DNA of 64,000 nucleotides from an uncultured delta proteobacterium (GCA_963822965.1 CAWGJT010000005.1:448001-512000); one strand, 5' to 3'. Positions 21,647-32,518 are shown, counted from the first letter of the stretch. The notes: generated by a model not told the origin, from the letters alone. Program-made: numbers and translations.

Positions 21647-23220
21647 ATGAGCTGGAGGCCCGAGGCCGACGAGATCGAGAGGCGGCGCGCCCTCGCCCGG
21701 GAGATGGGCGGCGCGGAAGCCGTCGCGAAGCAGCACGAACGGGGCCGACTCACGGTTCGCGAGCGCATCGACCGCCTGGCGGACGCCGGAAGCTTCTACG
21801 AGCACGGTCCCCTCGCCGGACACGCCGAGCGGGACGCCGAAGGCAACCTCGTGGCCTTCTCTCCGGCGAACTACGTGCTCGGCTTCGCGCGCGTGGACGG
21901 CCGCCCCGTGGTGATGGGCGGCGAGGACTTCACCCAGCGCGGTGGCTCGCCCTCCCCCGCCGGCCTCCGCAAGAGCGTGTATGCCGAGGACCTGGCCTGC
22001 CACTACCGGCTGCCGCTCGTCCGCTTCCTCGAGGGCGGCGGCGGCAGCGTGGCCGGCGCCGCGGGCAACGCGGGCCGCAAGCCGGGCGCGGCGCCGCCGC
22101 CCCGTCCCGCCCCGGAGCCGGCCTTCGGCCCGCCCCGCTTCCTCTCGATCGCCCGCATCCTGCGCATCGCCCCGGTGTGCTCGGCCGCGTTGGGCGCGGT
22201 GGCCGGCTTTCCGGCGGCCCGCCTCGCCGCCTCGCACTTCTCGGTGATGACCCGCGACACCTCCCAGGTGCTGATCGGCGGTCCGGCGCTGGTGGAACGC
22301 GCCCTCGGCGAGCGGCACACGAAGGAGGAGCTCGGCGGCGCCCGGGTGCACGCACGCAGCGGCGTCGTCGACAACGTCGCCCGGGACGAGGAGGACGCGC
22401 TCGCGCAGATGCGGCGTTTCCTCTCCTATCTGCCGACGAACGTCTCGCAGCTTCCCCCCGCGCGACGCCCACGGACGACCCGGACCGCTGCGAAGAGGCC
22501 CTGCTGGAGATCGTCCCGCGCGATCGCCGGAAGGTCTACAAGATGCGCCGGCTCCTGGAGCTGGTGGTCGACCCGGGCTCGCTCTTCGAGACGACCGCGG
22601 GCTTCGGCCGCTCCCAGATCACCGCCCTGGCTCGCGTCGACGGACGGCCGGTCGGCGTGCTCGCCAACGATCCCGCCATCTACGGCGGCTCGATGGACGC
22701 GGCCGGCGCCCAGAAGGTCCGCCGCTTCGTGAGCCTCTGCGAAACCTTCCACCTGCCCATCCTGAGCTTCGTGGACGAGCCCGGATTCATGATCGGCGCC
22801 GAGTCCGAGGCCGCGGCGACCATCCGCCACGGGGTGGATGCCATCGTGGCGGTGGTGGAATCCAGCGTGCCCTGGATCTCGGTGCACGTGCGCAAGGCCT
22901 ACGGGGTGGCGGCGGCCGCGCACTTCGGGCCCCACGGAACGGTGCTGGCCTGGCCTTCGGCGGAGAGCGGGGCGCTGCCCCTCGAAGGCGGTGTCGCCGT
23001 CGCCTTCCGGCGCGAGATCGAGGCCGCTCCCGACCCCGAGGCGAAGCGGCGGGAGCTCGAGGAGAAGCTCGCCCGCGGCCGCTCGCCGTTTCCGCGCGCC
23101 GAAGGGTTCGGGGTCCACGACCTGATCGACCCGCGTCGCACGCGACCCGCACTGTGCGAGTGGCTCGCCTGGGCACAGCCGCTGCTCGAGCGACGGGTCC
23201 TGCCGCCGCAGCCGGCCTGA
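21647..23220 (+). CDS. Acyl-CoA carboxylase carboxyltransferase subunit (one frameshift near 22460)
   Basis: MGGAEAVAKQHERGRLTVRERI, EDFTQRGGS, ELGGARVH, FVDEPGFMIG, RKAYG. Confidence 0.9.
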
Positions 23221-23224
23221 CGCG

Positions 23225-24007
23225 GTGGCGCTCGGACCCCAGAGCCTCGCCCTCGCCGGACGCACCGCCGTGGTGACCGGTGCCGCCATGGGCCTCGGTG
23301 CCGCCATCGCCCAGGCCTTCGCGCGTTGCGGCGCCGATCTCGAGCTTTGCGACCGCGAGCCCGCGGCCCTCGAGCACACCGCCACGGCCCTCGCCGGGCA
23401 CGGCGGGCGGGTCTCCACGGCCGTGCTCGACGTGCGCGACGGCGAGGCCGTGCAGGCGTTCTTCACGGCGGCCGCGGGTCGCGCGGGCACCCTGGACGTG
23501 CTCGTCAACAACGCCGGCGGGACGTTCGCTTGCCCGTTCGAGCGCCTCTCGCCCGGCGGCGAGCGGGCACTCGTCGACGAGAACTGGAGCAGCGTCACCC
23601 ACTGCCTGCGTGCGGCGCTGCCCCACCTGGCACCGGGCGCGTCGGTCATCAACGTGACGTCCATCGAGGCCCACCGGGCGGGACCCGGCTACGCGGTCTA
23701 CTCCGCCATGAAGGCGGCGGTCACGAGCCTGACCCGGAGCCTGGCTCTGGAGCTCGGCGGCCGGGGCATCCGGGTCAACTGCATCGCACCCGACGTGATC
23801 CCGACACCGGGGCTCCCGGGCCTGGAGTCGGCGCCGGTGACGACGCCTCTCGCACGGCGCGGCCACCCGGACGACGTGGCCGGAGCGGCGCTCTACCTGG
23901 CCACGGACCTCTCGCGCTTCGTGACGGGCACCACCCTGCACGTCGACGGTGGCAACGCCGCCGCCGGCGGCTGGAAGCGCCGGGACGACGGGAGCTTCCA
24001 GCCCTGA
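23225..24007 (+). CDS. Short-chain dehydrogenase/reductase
   Basis: TGAAMGLG, NNAGG, YSAMK, IRVNCIAP. Confidence 0.9.
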   Translation: MALGPQSLALAGRTAVVTGAAMGLGAAIAQAFARCGADLELCDREPAALEHTATALAGHGGRVSTAVLDVRDGEAVQAFFTAAAGRAGTLDVLVNNAGGTFACPFERLSPGGERALVDENWSSVTHCLRAALPHLAPGASVINVTSIEAHRAGPGYAVYSAMKAAVTSLTRSLALELGGRGIRVNCIAPDVIPTPGLPGLESAPVTTPLARRGHPDDVAGAALYLATDLSRFVTGTTLHVDGGNAAAGGWKRRDDGSFQP

Positions 24008-24037
24008 CGGCCGCGGGCGACGGCCCTCGGCGCCGGG

Positions 24038-26506
24038 CTACTCGGCCATCAGCACCGTGCGGTCGTAGGTCGCGAGATCCGGGAAGCTCGCGAAGGGATT
24101 CCCGAGGGCGGCGTCCCGGCCGGGCAGCGGCGTCGCGCCCGAGCGGGTGATCAGCTGGTCGAGCAGGGCCCGTAGCGCCTCGAGCGCCGAAGCCTTGTCG
24201 GGAACGATCCGGCGCGGATCGAAGGTGTCGCTGCGCAGGCGCACCACCTTGAGCGGCTCGTCCGGCACGGCGAGCCAGTTGAGCACCACATCCACCACCA
24301 GCACCGGCTTGTCTGCCAGCCCCTGGACCGCACCGGCCGCCACCGCCTCGATGCGCGCGTAGGGAAGCACCGTCTTGCTGCCGGCCTCGACCTCGATGGA
24401 GAGGCCCTCCTCGTCGAGAGAGACCGGCACGGCCGGGCGCGCACGCAGCGAGCGGCGGGTGTCCGGAAGGAGCGCCACGTCGTCGAAGTCTTCCGCGCTC
24501 TCGCCCGCCGGCTGCGGCTCTCCCGCCGGCTCTACGTCGTCGAGCTGCGGCTCCGTGTCGGGCAGCGGCGGGGTGCGCACCGCCGCGGAGGCCGCCGGCG
24601 ACGCGGCGCGGGAGCGGGGCTCCAGGGTCTCGGTGGTCTCGGACAAGTCCGCCGGCACCGCCGCGCTCGCTCCGGTCGTCGGGCCGAGATCGACGGCCGT
24701 GGGGACCGCATCCGTGGCCGACTCCTCCTCGTCCTGCAGGCCGCTCCAGTCGAATCCGGGTCCGTCGTCCTCGAGCTCGTGGGACAGGTCCTGCACCAGG
24801 CCGGGCTGGTTCCAGGTGCTCGGGTCCTCGGCGGCGAGGCTCTCCCCTTCGGCCAGCTCCTCGAACGCGTCGGCGGGGATCGCGTTGGGATCCTGGAAGG
24901 GGTCGGGCTCCGGCTCGGGCGCCGCGGCCGCAACCGGCTGGGGCGCCGCTGCCGCAACGGGGCGGGGCGATGCGGCCGGAGCCGGCTGGGGCGCCGCTGC
25001 CGGAGCCGGCTGAGGCGATGCGGCCCGCCGCGGTGACGCGGGCGGAGCCGTCCGGGCCGCCGACGCGGTGGGCGGGGGCGCGGCGCCCGCGGCCCGCGGG
25101 CCCCGGGTGTCCACCAGCGACTGGAGCTCGGATCGCTCGCGCTGGCCGAGCTGGTCGTCCGCCAGGCCGACGGACGCCGCGCGGCTGGCGAGATCGGGAT
25201 CGAGATCCCGGGTGCCCCGCACCACCCGCAGCGCCAGCGCCGAGGAGAGCGTGCGCGACCCATCCACCGCGCTCGCGAAGGCGTGGAGCGCCGCCTCGTG
25301 CTCTTCGCGCGCCAGCAGCGCTTCGCCGATGCGGACGAGCAGCGTTCCGTCCGCCGGCAGCTCGCTCACCTCGCTGGCCATCGCGGTCCACAGGTTGCAC
25401 GCGTCCTCGCGCCGGTTGCTGCGAAGCGCGTCCCGAACCGCACCGAGCATCGCCGGCAGCGCGCGCCGCGCCCGGTCGCTTCCGGTGGAGACCTGCCAGA
25501 GCGCGAGCGCCACGTCGTGGTTGCCGGGCGTGCGCCGCAGCTCGGGCTCGAGCAGCTCGAACGCACCCTCGGCGTTGCCGGTCTGCTGCTCCTGCAGCGC
25601 CTGGTCGAGCAGCGGGTTCGAGACCAGGTCCGGCGTGTCCCGCGATCCGATCGCGAGCTTCTCCTCCAGCCCCAGCACCCAGATCGCCACGGCGGCCGCC
25701 GCGCCGAACGCGAAGCTCACGCCGTGGACCACCACCGGCGCCGCGTCGAAGTGATCGAGGGGAAGGTCGCGCGCGAACAGATACTCCCAGGCGATCCAGG
25801 CGGGCAGCAGCAGCCAGCCGGGAATCGTGAAGCCCTTGAACGAGCGAACCAGATAGGCGCCCAGCAGCCCCGCGATGACGCCGCTGGCGCCCGACCACGG
25901 CACGCCCCGGTCGCCGTAGAGCGACTCGTGGGTCGTGGCGGTGACGATCGGAAGCAGGAAGCAGAATCCCCCGAAGAGGATCGAGCCCCAGGCACCTTCC
26001 AGGGTGATCGCGGTCAGGACGAAGAAGAGCATCGAGATGGCGAGGGCGACGAACGAGTCCTGCACCACCACGTGCAGGAACGTGTTCTGGATGGGGCTCG
26101 ACCCGTCCACCACGCCGAATCGCCAGCTGGGAAGCTGCTGCAGGCTCGCGAAGGCCTCGCGCTGGATCGCGTCGAAGCGCTTCTGGGTCTTCTCCTGCAT
26201 CCGCTGCGAGAGGATCGCGACCGAGCCCGCCTGCCGGCGCGCCTCGTGGTCCGCCCGCATCTGCTTCACCTGGTCCGCCCCGATCCACTGGGCGAGCAGA
26301 CCGCTGATCTCGACGTCGGGGTTGCGTTCGAAGTAGCTGCGCGCCGCGGCCATCTGGGGGCTGCGACTCACCTCGTCCCGGGCGTCGGGGCTGGACAGCA
26401 GGATGGCGGCGGATCCGAGCAGGAGGAGCGCGCTCGTCGCGTACGTCACCCACGGATGAATCCGAACGGTGTCACCCGTCGCCGGAGTCGTGTGCTCGTC
26501 CGCCAA
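24038..26506 (-). CDS. Rhomboid-like membrane protein with C-terminal TPR-like, Pro/Ala-acidic linker and terminal globular domain
   Basis: PWVTY start, ~6 TM helices, SGASGVIAGLLGAY, later VVHGVSFAFG; helical repeats; start inferred at TTG 26506. Confidence 0.65.
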   Translation of the reverse strand: MADEHTTPATGDTVRIHPWVTYATSALLLLGSAAILLSSPDARDEVSRSPQMAAARSYFERNPDVEISGLLAQWIGADQVKQMRADHEARRQAGSVAILSQRMQEKTQKRFDAIQREAFASLQQLPSWRFGVVDGSSPIQNTFLHVVVQDSFVALAISMLFFVLTAITLEGAWGSILFGGFCFLLPIVTATTHESLYGDRGVPWSGASGVIAGLLGAYLVRSFKGFTIPGWLLLPAWIAWEYLFARDLPLDHFDAAPVVVHGVSFAFGAAAAVAIWVLGLEEKLAIGSRDTPDLVSNPLLDQALQEQQTGNAEGAFELLEPELRRTPGNHDVALALWQVSTGSDRARRALPAMLGAVRDALRSNRREDACNLWTAMASEVSELPADGTLLVRIGEALLAREEHEAALHAFASAVDGSRTLSSALALRVVRGTRDLDPDLASRAASVGLADDQLGQRERSELQSLVDTRGPRAAGAAPPPTASAARTAPPASPRRAASPQPAPAAAPQPAPAASPRPVAAAAPQPVAAAAPEPEPDPFQDPNAIPADAFEELAEGESLAAEDPSTWNQPGLVQDLSHELEDDGPGFDWSGLQDEEESATDAVPTAVDLGPTTGASAAVPADLSETTETLEPRSRAASPAASAAVRTPPLPDTEPQLDDVEPAGEPQPAGESAEDFDDVALLPDTRRSLRARPAVPVSLDEEGLSIEVEAGSKTVLPYARIEAVAAGAVQGLADKPVLVVDVVLNWLAVPDEPLKVVRLRSDTFDPRRIVPDKASALEALRALLDQLITRSGATPLPGRDAALGNPFASFPDLATYDRTVLMAE

Positions 26507-26691
26507 CCGACCTGATCTCCCCGCAGCACCGCGCAGTCTGCACGGGCGGAGCCCCGCCACGGTCCCGTCGCGGACCCCGGGCCGGCCTCGTACGCTATGT
26601 ACGGATGGAACGACCCGTGGCTAAAGGGGAAAAGTGCCAATTGGATACAGGAAGCCCGGCGCGCGCCCGAGGCACGTACGCACGACCCGGA

Positions 26692-28755
26692 ATGCCCCGC
26701 TTGCCCCGCGGGACCAGCGGCCTCCGCCGGGCGGCGATCCGGCTGCTGGCCGCCGGGCTCACCGCCTGGGGGAGCCTCGCGTGCGACGAAGCGGCGCCGC
26801 CGCCGGCACCCGCGGCCTCGAGCGCACCCGCCAGCGACACCCGGGCGGGCCTGCCGCCCCGGGGTCCCTTCTCGGCGGACGCGAGCCCCGACGTCGCCGA
26901 ATCCCTGCGCCTCGACCTCGAAGCTCCCCGTCACGCCGCGGACGGCGGCGGCCGGGCGTGGCTCGAGGCCGCGGAACGGCTGGAGCCGGACGGCTCCGCG
27001 CCGGCGGCCCCGCGCGACAGCGCGGGGGCGCCCGTGTTCACCGTGGGATCCCGGGGCCGCTTCCACCTCGTCTACGAGGTCGGTCCCGAGGGCGTCGCCG
27101 TGGGGGGCATGGTGTTCCTGCAGGTGTCGCCCTTCTGGGACTGGGACGATCCCCAGACCGCCTTCGAGGAAGGTCCGGGATACACCACCGTGCGTACCGA
27201 GGCCAAAGGCGTCGACGTCGATGCCTTCCAGGCCGCGTCGCAGCTGCTGGCCATCGAGATCGGGGGCCGCGCGCTGGCCCCCGGCGAGCGGCTCGAGATC
27301 GTCTACGGCGCCGGGCCGGCCGGTGCCCGGGTCGACCGCTATGCAGAGCGACGCGCGCGGCTGTGGTTCGCCGTCGACGGCGACGGCGACGGGATCCGCG
27401 CGGTCCTCCCCGAGTCCCCGACGGTGACCGTCGAGGCGGCGGGTCCGGCGCAGCTGGTGGTGACCCTGCCGACCACGGCCGAGCCGGGACGGGACGTGCG
27501 GGTGAACCTCGCGGTGGTCGACGCCGCCGGCAACGCGGGCTTTCCCTGGGAAGGCGAGATCGCCCTGGAGGCCGACGAGGGCCTGACGGTCCCCGAACGG
27601 GTGCAGCTCGTCGCCGCCGATCGCGGTCGCACCACGGTCCCGGCGCGGGTGCAGCAGCCGGGCACGTATCGGCTGCACGCCCGGATCGAGACCGGGGGCG
27701 GCCCGGCGGACTTCGAGTCGAACCCGCTCGTCGTGCGGGAGGGCATCCGCAACGTCCTGTGGGGCGACCTGCACGGACACTCCCAGCTGTCCGACGGCAC
27801 CGGAACACCCGACGACTACTACGACTACGCGCGGAACGTGGCCGCTCTCGACGTCTCCGCTCTGACCGACCACGACCACTGGGGCATGCGCTTCCTCGAC
27901 GCCCACCCCGAGATGTGGGACGAGATCCGTGCCGCCGTCGAGCGCTGGAACGAGCCCGGACGCTTCGTGACCCTGCTCGGCTACGAGTGGACGAGCTGGC
28001 TGCAGGGCCACCGTCACGTGCTCTACTTCCAGGACGAGGGAGAGGTGCTGAGCTCCCTCGATCCGCGCTACGAGACCCCCGACCAGCTCTGGGCCGCGCT
28101 GCGGGGCCAGCCCGTGCTCACGTTCGCGCACCACTCGGCGGGAGGGCCGATCGCGACGAACTGGACCTGGGCGCCGCCCCCCGATCTCGAGCCGCTGACC
28201 GAGATCGTCTCGGTGCACGGCAGCAGCGAGGCGCCCGACGCGCCCTCCCCGATCTACCGGCCGGTGCCGGGCAACTTCGTCCGCAACGCGCTGCAGCTCG
28301 GATACCGCTTCGGCTTCATCGGGAGCGGCGACAGCCACGACGGCCACCCGGGGCTGGCCGGTATCGCCGCCGGCGGTACTGCAGGGCTGGCGGCCATCTT
28401 CGCCGACACGCCCACGCGCGAGGCCGTGCTCGCCGCCCTGCGGGCTCGCGCCACCTACGCGACCAACGGGCCGCGCATCCACCTCGAGGTGTCCCTCGAT
28501 CCGCCGGACGAGGAGCGGACGAGCCGCCTCCACTATCGCATCGCCGCTACCGCCCCGGTCGAGCGTATCGACTTCATCCGGAGCGGCCTCACGGCCAGCG
28601 TGCCGGGCGAAGGCGAGCGCGACCTCGAAGGCGAGCGACAGGTCCCGCCCCTGGCTCCGGGCGAGTACCTCTATCTGCGCGTGGTGCAGCAGGATGGGGG
28701 CGCGGCCTGGTCGAGTCCGTTCTACGGGCGCGAGGATCCCGCGGCCGGGCGCTGA
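26692..28755 (+). CDS. CehA/McbA (DUF3604-like) PHP-type metallohydrolase lipoprotein
   Basis: Lipobox SLAC; WGDLHGHSQLSDG, TDHDH, GYEWT, GHRHV, GSGDSHDGHPG, YATNGPRI, AWSSP. Confidence 0.85.
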   Translation: MPRLPRGTSGLRRAAIRLLAAGLTAWGSLACDEAAPPPAPAASSAPASDTRAGLPPRGPFSADASPDVAESLRLDLEAPRHAADGGGRAWLEAAERLEPDGSAPAAPRDSAGAPVFTVGSRGRFHLVYEVGPEGVAVGGMVFLQVSPFWDWDDPQTAFEEGPGYTTVRTEAKGVDVDAFQAASQLLAIEIGGRALAPGERLEIVYGAGPAGARVDRYAERRARLWFAVDGDGDGIRAVLPESPTVTVEAAGPAQLVVTLPTTAEPGRDVRVNLAVVDAAGNAGFPWEGEIALEADEGLTVPERVQLVAADRGRTTVPARVQQPGTYRLHARIETGGGPADFESNPLVVREGIRNVLWGDLHGHSQLSDGTGTPDDYYDYARNVAALDVSALTDHDHWGMRFLDAHPEMWDEIRAAVERWNEPGRFVTLLGYEWTSWLQGHRHVLYFQDEGEVLSSLDPRYETPDQLWAALRGQPVLTFAHHSAGGPIATNWTWAPPPDLEPLTEIVSVHGSSEAPDAPSPIYRPVPGNFVRNALQLGYRFGFIGSGDSHDGHPGLAGIAAGGTAGLAAIFADTPTREAVLAALRARATYATNGPRIHLEVSLDPPDEERTSRLHYRIAATAPVERIDFIRSGLTASVPGEGERDLEGERQVPPLAPGEYLYLRVVQQDGGAAWSSPFYGREDPAAGR

Positions 28756-28780
28756 GGGGGACGCTGGTAGACTCGGGCCC

Positions 28781-29347
28781 ATGCCGCCGGCACGCCCGCA
28801 CGTCCTGGGAATCGACGACGGCCCCTTCCAGAAGGGGCAGCACCACCCCGTGCCCCTCGTGGCCGTGATGATGGAGGGCGCGAGCGTCGTCGAGTCCGTG
28901 GCCGTCGGCAGCTTCCCCGTGGACGGTGACGACGTCACCGACTACCTGGCGGGCTGGATCCGGGAGCTGCGTCCCTTCCCCGCTCTGCAGGCGGTGCTGC
29001 TCGGGGGCATCACCATCGCCGGCCTCGCCGTGGTCGACGCGACGAGCCTGGCCCGGCGGCTCGACCTGCCCGTCATCGTCGTGACCCGGCGGGACCCCGC
29101 GAAGAGTCGGGTCGGCGAAGCCCTCAGCGCCGCGGGATGCCCCGAGCGGCTCGCCATCGTGGACCGCACCCCGCCCGCGGTCCGCTGCGAGGAAGGTCTG
29201 TTCGTGGCGGCCGCCGGGGTCGCCGCGGCCCACGCCCAGGCGATCGTCCGCGCCACCCTGGGCAAGGCCTTCGTGCCGGAGCCCCTGCGAATCGCCCACC
29301 TGATGGCACGCGCCATGGTGGACGGCGAGTCGCGGGGCCGGGCGTGA
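28781..29347 (+). CDS. DUF99 family protein (endonuclease V-like)
   Basis: VLGIDDGPF, VDGDDVTD, LLGGITIAG, PEPLRIAHL. Confidence 0.8.
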   Translation: MPPARPHVLGIDDGPFQKGQHHPVPLVAVMMEGASVVESVAVGSFPVDGDDVTDYLAGWIRELRPFPALQAVLLGGITIAGLAVVDATSLARRLDLPVIVVTRRDPAKSRVGEALSAAGCPERLAIVDRTPPAVRCEEGLFVAAAGVAAAHAQAIVRATLGKAFVPEPLRIAHLMARAMVDGESRGRA

Positions 29348-30237
29348 GGACCGGCGTGCGAGCCGAGAGCCGCATCCCGCCGCGCCACTGGATCGCGGGC
29401 GCGCTCGTCGCACTGACCCTGCACGTCGGACTGCTGCTGACGCTCGGTCCGGGACTGCACGTGCTGAGCAGCCCCGCCGGCTCCCGGGCAGGTGGACCGG
29501 CGGGGCTCCGGATCTCTCTCGAGGACGCGTTCGGCGCACCCTCGCCCCGGCACCGGGCGCACGACCCCTCGAAGGACGACGCGCCCACCGGGACGCCGGC
29601 GCGCGTCGCCTCCCCGGCTCCTCCGGCTCGGGCCGCGGCGCTCGACCGGGCCCCGGCGCCCCCCGCACCGCGGCGGGAGGCCCCACTCGCCGCGGCCCCG
29701 GCGATCCCGGTCGACGTCGACACCACGACGAGTCGGCCGGCCCCGCCGACGACCGTGCCACCGGCCCGGGCCGGCGAGGCGGCGAGCGTCGCCGGGTCGC
29801 CGCCTGAACGCACCGCGGAGACGAGCGAATCCGAGGGGCCGGACGTCGCCGCGGGACCGGCTCTGGCGGCGCTCGGGGCCGGGTCGGGGGCCGGGGCCGC
29901 AGGCTCCGGGGCTTCCGATGCAGTGGGCACCGGCGCCGGCGGAGCGGCTCGCGACGACTACTTCGACGCTCTCTTCGCGCGGGTCGTCTCGACGCTCGAG
30001 TACCCGCGCCGCGCCCGGCTCGAGGGGATCGAGGGCACCGTCGTCCTCCGGCTGCGACTCGACCGCGACGGCCGGATCGACGGCATGGAGGTCGCCGAGT
30101 CCTCGGGCTCGCCGCTGCTCGACCGGCAGGCGATGCGCATCGTGCGGCGCGCCGCCCCCTTCGGCTCGCCGCCGCCGAGCCTCGCCGACGCCTCCCTCTC
30201 GTTCGAGCTGCCCCTCGAGTTCGCGCTCACCGACTGA
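29344..30237 (+). CDS. tonB: Energy transducer TonB family protein
   Basis: N-terminal TM with His (LHVGL), Pro/Ala-rich spacer, YPRRARLEGIEGTV...ESSGSPLLDRQA. Confidence 0.85.
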   Translation: MRTGVRAESRIPPRHWIAGALVALTLHVGLLLTLGPGLHVLSSPAGSRAGGPAGLRISLEDAFGAPSPRHRAHDPSKDDAPTGTPARVASPAPPARAAALDRAPAPPAPRREAPLAAAPAIPVDVDTTTSRPAPPTTVPPARAGEAASVAGSPPERTAETSESEGPDVAAGPALAALGAGSGAGAAGSGASDAVGTGAGGAARDDYFDALFARVVSTLEYPRRARLEGIEGTVVLRLRLDRDGRIDGMEVAESSGSPLLDRQAMRIVRRAAPFGSPPPSLADASLSFELPLEFALTD

Positions 30238-30290
30238 ACGTAGCGACCGAACGCACGACCGGAGAAGGCACCCTGGGCTATAACCGCCCC

Positions 30291-30710
30291 GTGGCATCCA
30301 TCCGCGTCTTCCAGGCCTCCGACGAGCCCCAGATCGCTGCGCTGTGGGAGGCGTGCGGCCTGGTGGTGCCCTGGAACGTGCCCCACCTCGACATCGCCCG
30401 GAAGACGGAGTTCCAGCCCGATCTCTTCTTCGTCGGCGAGGTCGAGAGGCGCATCGTCTCCTCGGTGATGGCGGGCTACGAGGGCCACCGGGGCTGGATC
30501 AACTACCTGGCCGTCGATCCCGCCTGGCGCGGGAAGGGGCTGGGACGCCAGCTGATGGCGTTCGTCGAGGCGCGCCTGCGCGACCTCGGCTGTCCCAAGA
30601 TCAACCTGCAGGTGCGCGGCACGAACCGCGAGGTGCTCGCCTTCTACGAGAGGCTCGGCTACCGCGTGGACGACACCGTGAGCCTCGGCAAGCGCCTGGA
30701 CGGGCGCTGA
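30291..30710 (+). CDS. GNAT acetyltransferase (YpeA-like)
   Basis: VMAGYEGHRGWINYLAVDP, RGKGLG, GCPKINLQVR. Confidence 0.9.
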   Translation: MASIRVFQASDEPQIAALWEACGLVVPWNVPHLDIARKTEFQPDLFFVGEVERRIVSSVMAGYEGHRGWINYLAVDPAWRGKGLGRQLMAFVEARLRDLGCPKINLQVRGTNREVLAFYERLGYRVDDTVSLGKRLDGR

Positions 30711-30719
30711 CCCGCCCTC

Positions 30720-31022
30720 TCAGCGGCCCGCGCTCGGAGTCCCATCGCGCGGACAGCCCGAATCCGACGGCGCGCAGCCCCAGGCGCCGCGTGCGTCCTG
30801 CTCGTAGCGCTCGGTGCGGGCGGCCAGCTCGGCCTCGAGCGCCGCGCACCTCTCCCTCGCGTCCACGGGATGCGCGTCCACGCACGCCTGGTAGGCGGCG
30901 CGCGCCTCCTGCATCTCGAGCCCCTGGTCGAGGACGCATCCGGCGACCGGGAACGACGCCGCGATCGCGAGCGACACCGCGATCGCAAGCACCGGCAGCC
31001 GGGTGCGGTCAGAACTCCGCAT
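30720..31022 (-). CDS. Small hypothetical lipoprotein
   Basis: Lipobox VAGC; helical body with four further Cys; start overlaps the asnS end. Confidence 0.55.
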   Translation of the reverse strand: MRSSDRTRLPVLAIAVSLAIAASFPVAGCVLDQGLEMQEARAAYQACVDAHPVDARERCAALEAELAARTERYEQDARGAWGCAPSDSGCPRDGTPSAGR

Positions 31023-32412
31023 GGCCCGGAACCCGAGGAAAGGGCGCCACGTCGCGGATGTTCTCCATGCCGGTCATGAACTGCACGAGCCGCTCGAAGC
31101 CCAGCCCGAAGCCCGCGTGGGGCACCGTCCCGTAGCGGCGCAGGTCCAGGTACCACGCGTAGGGCTCGCGATCGAGCCCGTGCTCGTCGATGCGCCGCAG
31201 GAGCGTGTCGTGCCGGTGCTCGCGTTGGGACCCACCGATGATCTCGCCCACCTTCGGCACGAGCACGTCCAGCGCGGCCACCGTGCGGTCGTCGTCGTTC
31301 GCGTACATGTAGAAGGCCTTGATGTCCTTCGGATAGTCCACGACCACCACGGGCGCGCCGATGTGCTCCTCGGCCAGGTAGCGCTCGTGCTCGCTCTGCA
31401 GGTCGGCGCCCCAGCGCACGGGAAACTCGAAGGACCGGCTGGCGCTCTCGAGGATCTTCACCGCCTCGGTGTAGGTGACGCGCTCGAAGGGGGTCTCGAC
31501 CACGTGACGCAGGCTCGCGAGCACCGTGTCGTCGATGCGCGCGTTGAAGAAGTCCATGTCGTCGGGACAGCTCTCGAGCACCCCGCGGAAGACCGCTTTC
31601 AGGAACTCCTCGGCGAGGTCGGCGAGCCCGGCCAGGTCGCAGAACGCCACCTCGGGCTCCACCATCCAGAACTCCGCCAGGTGTCGGCTCGTGTGCGAGT
31701 TCTCGGCGCGGAAGGTGGGACCGAAGGTGTAGACCTTCGAGAGCGCGAGCGCGCCGATCTCCGCCTCGAGCTGCCCCGAGACCGTGAGGAAGGCGGGGCC
31801 GCCGAAGAAGTCCTGGGCGTGGTCGACGCGGCCCTGGGCGTCCCGCGGCGGGCGGTCGGGATCCAGGGTCGTCACCCGGAACATCTCACCGGCGCCCTCG
31901 GCGTCCAAACGCGTGATGATGGGCGAGTGCAGGTGCACGAAGCCGCGCTCCTGGAAGAAGGCGTGGATGGCCCGGGAGGCGGCGTTGCGCACGCGCAGCA
32001 CCGCACCCAGGGTGTTGGTCCGGGGCCGCAGGTGGCCGATCGCCCGAAGGTACTCGAACGTGTGTCGCTTCTTCTGGAGCGGGTAGTCGTCGTCGACGGG
32101 GCCCACCAGCTCCACCGCGTCCGCCTGGATCTCGAAGCGCTGCCCCTTGCCGGGGGAGTCGACCAGCGCCCCCTCCACGACCACCGCACAGCCTGCGGAG
32201 AGCTTCGCGATCGTCTCCTCGTAGCTCGGCAGCTCGTGGGGCGCCACCGCCTGGATGCCCGCGAAGCAGGAGCCGTCGGACACCTCGAGGAAGGACACGT
32301 TCTTCGAGTGTCGCGCGGTGCGCAGCCAGCCCTGCACCCGCACCCGTCCTCCCGCGGTGTCGCGCGCGAGAAGCTCCTTCACCGACGTCGGCGCCAGCTG
32401 CGATTCCGTCAC
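31009..32412 (-). CDS. asnS: Asparagine--tRNA ligase
   Basis: [55 protein letters not shown]. Confidence 0.97.
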   Translation of the reverse strand: MTESQLAPTSVKELLARDTAGGRVRVQGWLRTARHSKNVSFLEVSDGSCFAGIQAVAPHELPSYEETIAKLSAGCAVVVEGALVDSPGKGQRFEIQADAVELVGPVDDDYPLQKKRHTFEYLRAIGHLRPRTNTLGAVLRVRNAASRAIHAFFQERGFVHLHSPIITRLDAEGAGEMFRVTTLDPDRPPRDAQGRVDHAQDFFGGPAFLTVSGQLEAEIGALALSKVYTFGPTFRAENSHTSRHLAEFWMVEPEVAFCDLAGLADLAEEFLKAVFRGVLESCPDDMDFFNARIDDTVLASLRHVVETPFERVTYTEAVKILESASRSFEFPVRWGADLQSEHERYLAEEHIGAPVVVVDYPKDIKAFYMYANDDDRTVAALDVLVPKVGEIIGGSQREHRHDTLLRRIDEHGLDREPYAWYLDLRRYGTVPHAGFGLGFERLVQFMTGMENIRDVAPFPRVPGHAEF

Positions 32413-32518
32413 GATCCCCCCGAAGCCCTGCAGGTTATCACCCCGCGAGGCGGCGGGGAGGGGGTCGGGCTATGCTGCCGCGCCGCTCTCGAGCCCCGGC
32501 CCACGGAGAGCTGCCCGC

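Noticed and set aside
26620..26650. AT-rich patch as a sigma-54 (TTGGCAC on minus) or sigma-28 promoter
   Set aside because: It lacks the -12 TTGC element, and the putative sigma-28 -10 (TTGGATAC) is too poor a match.
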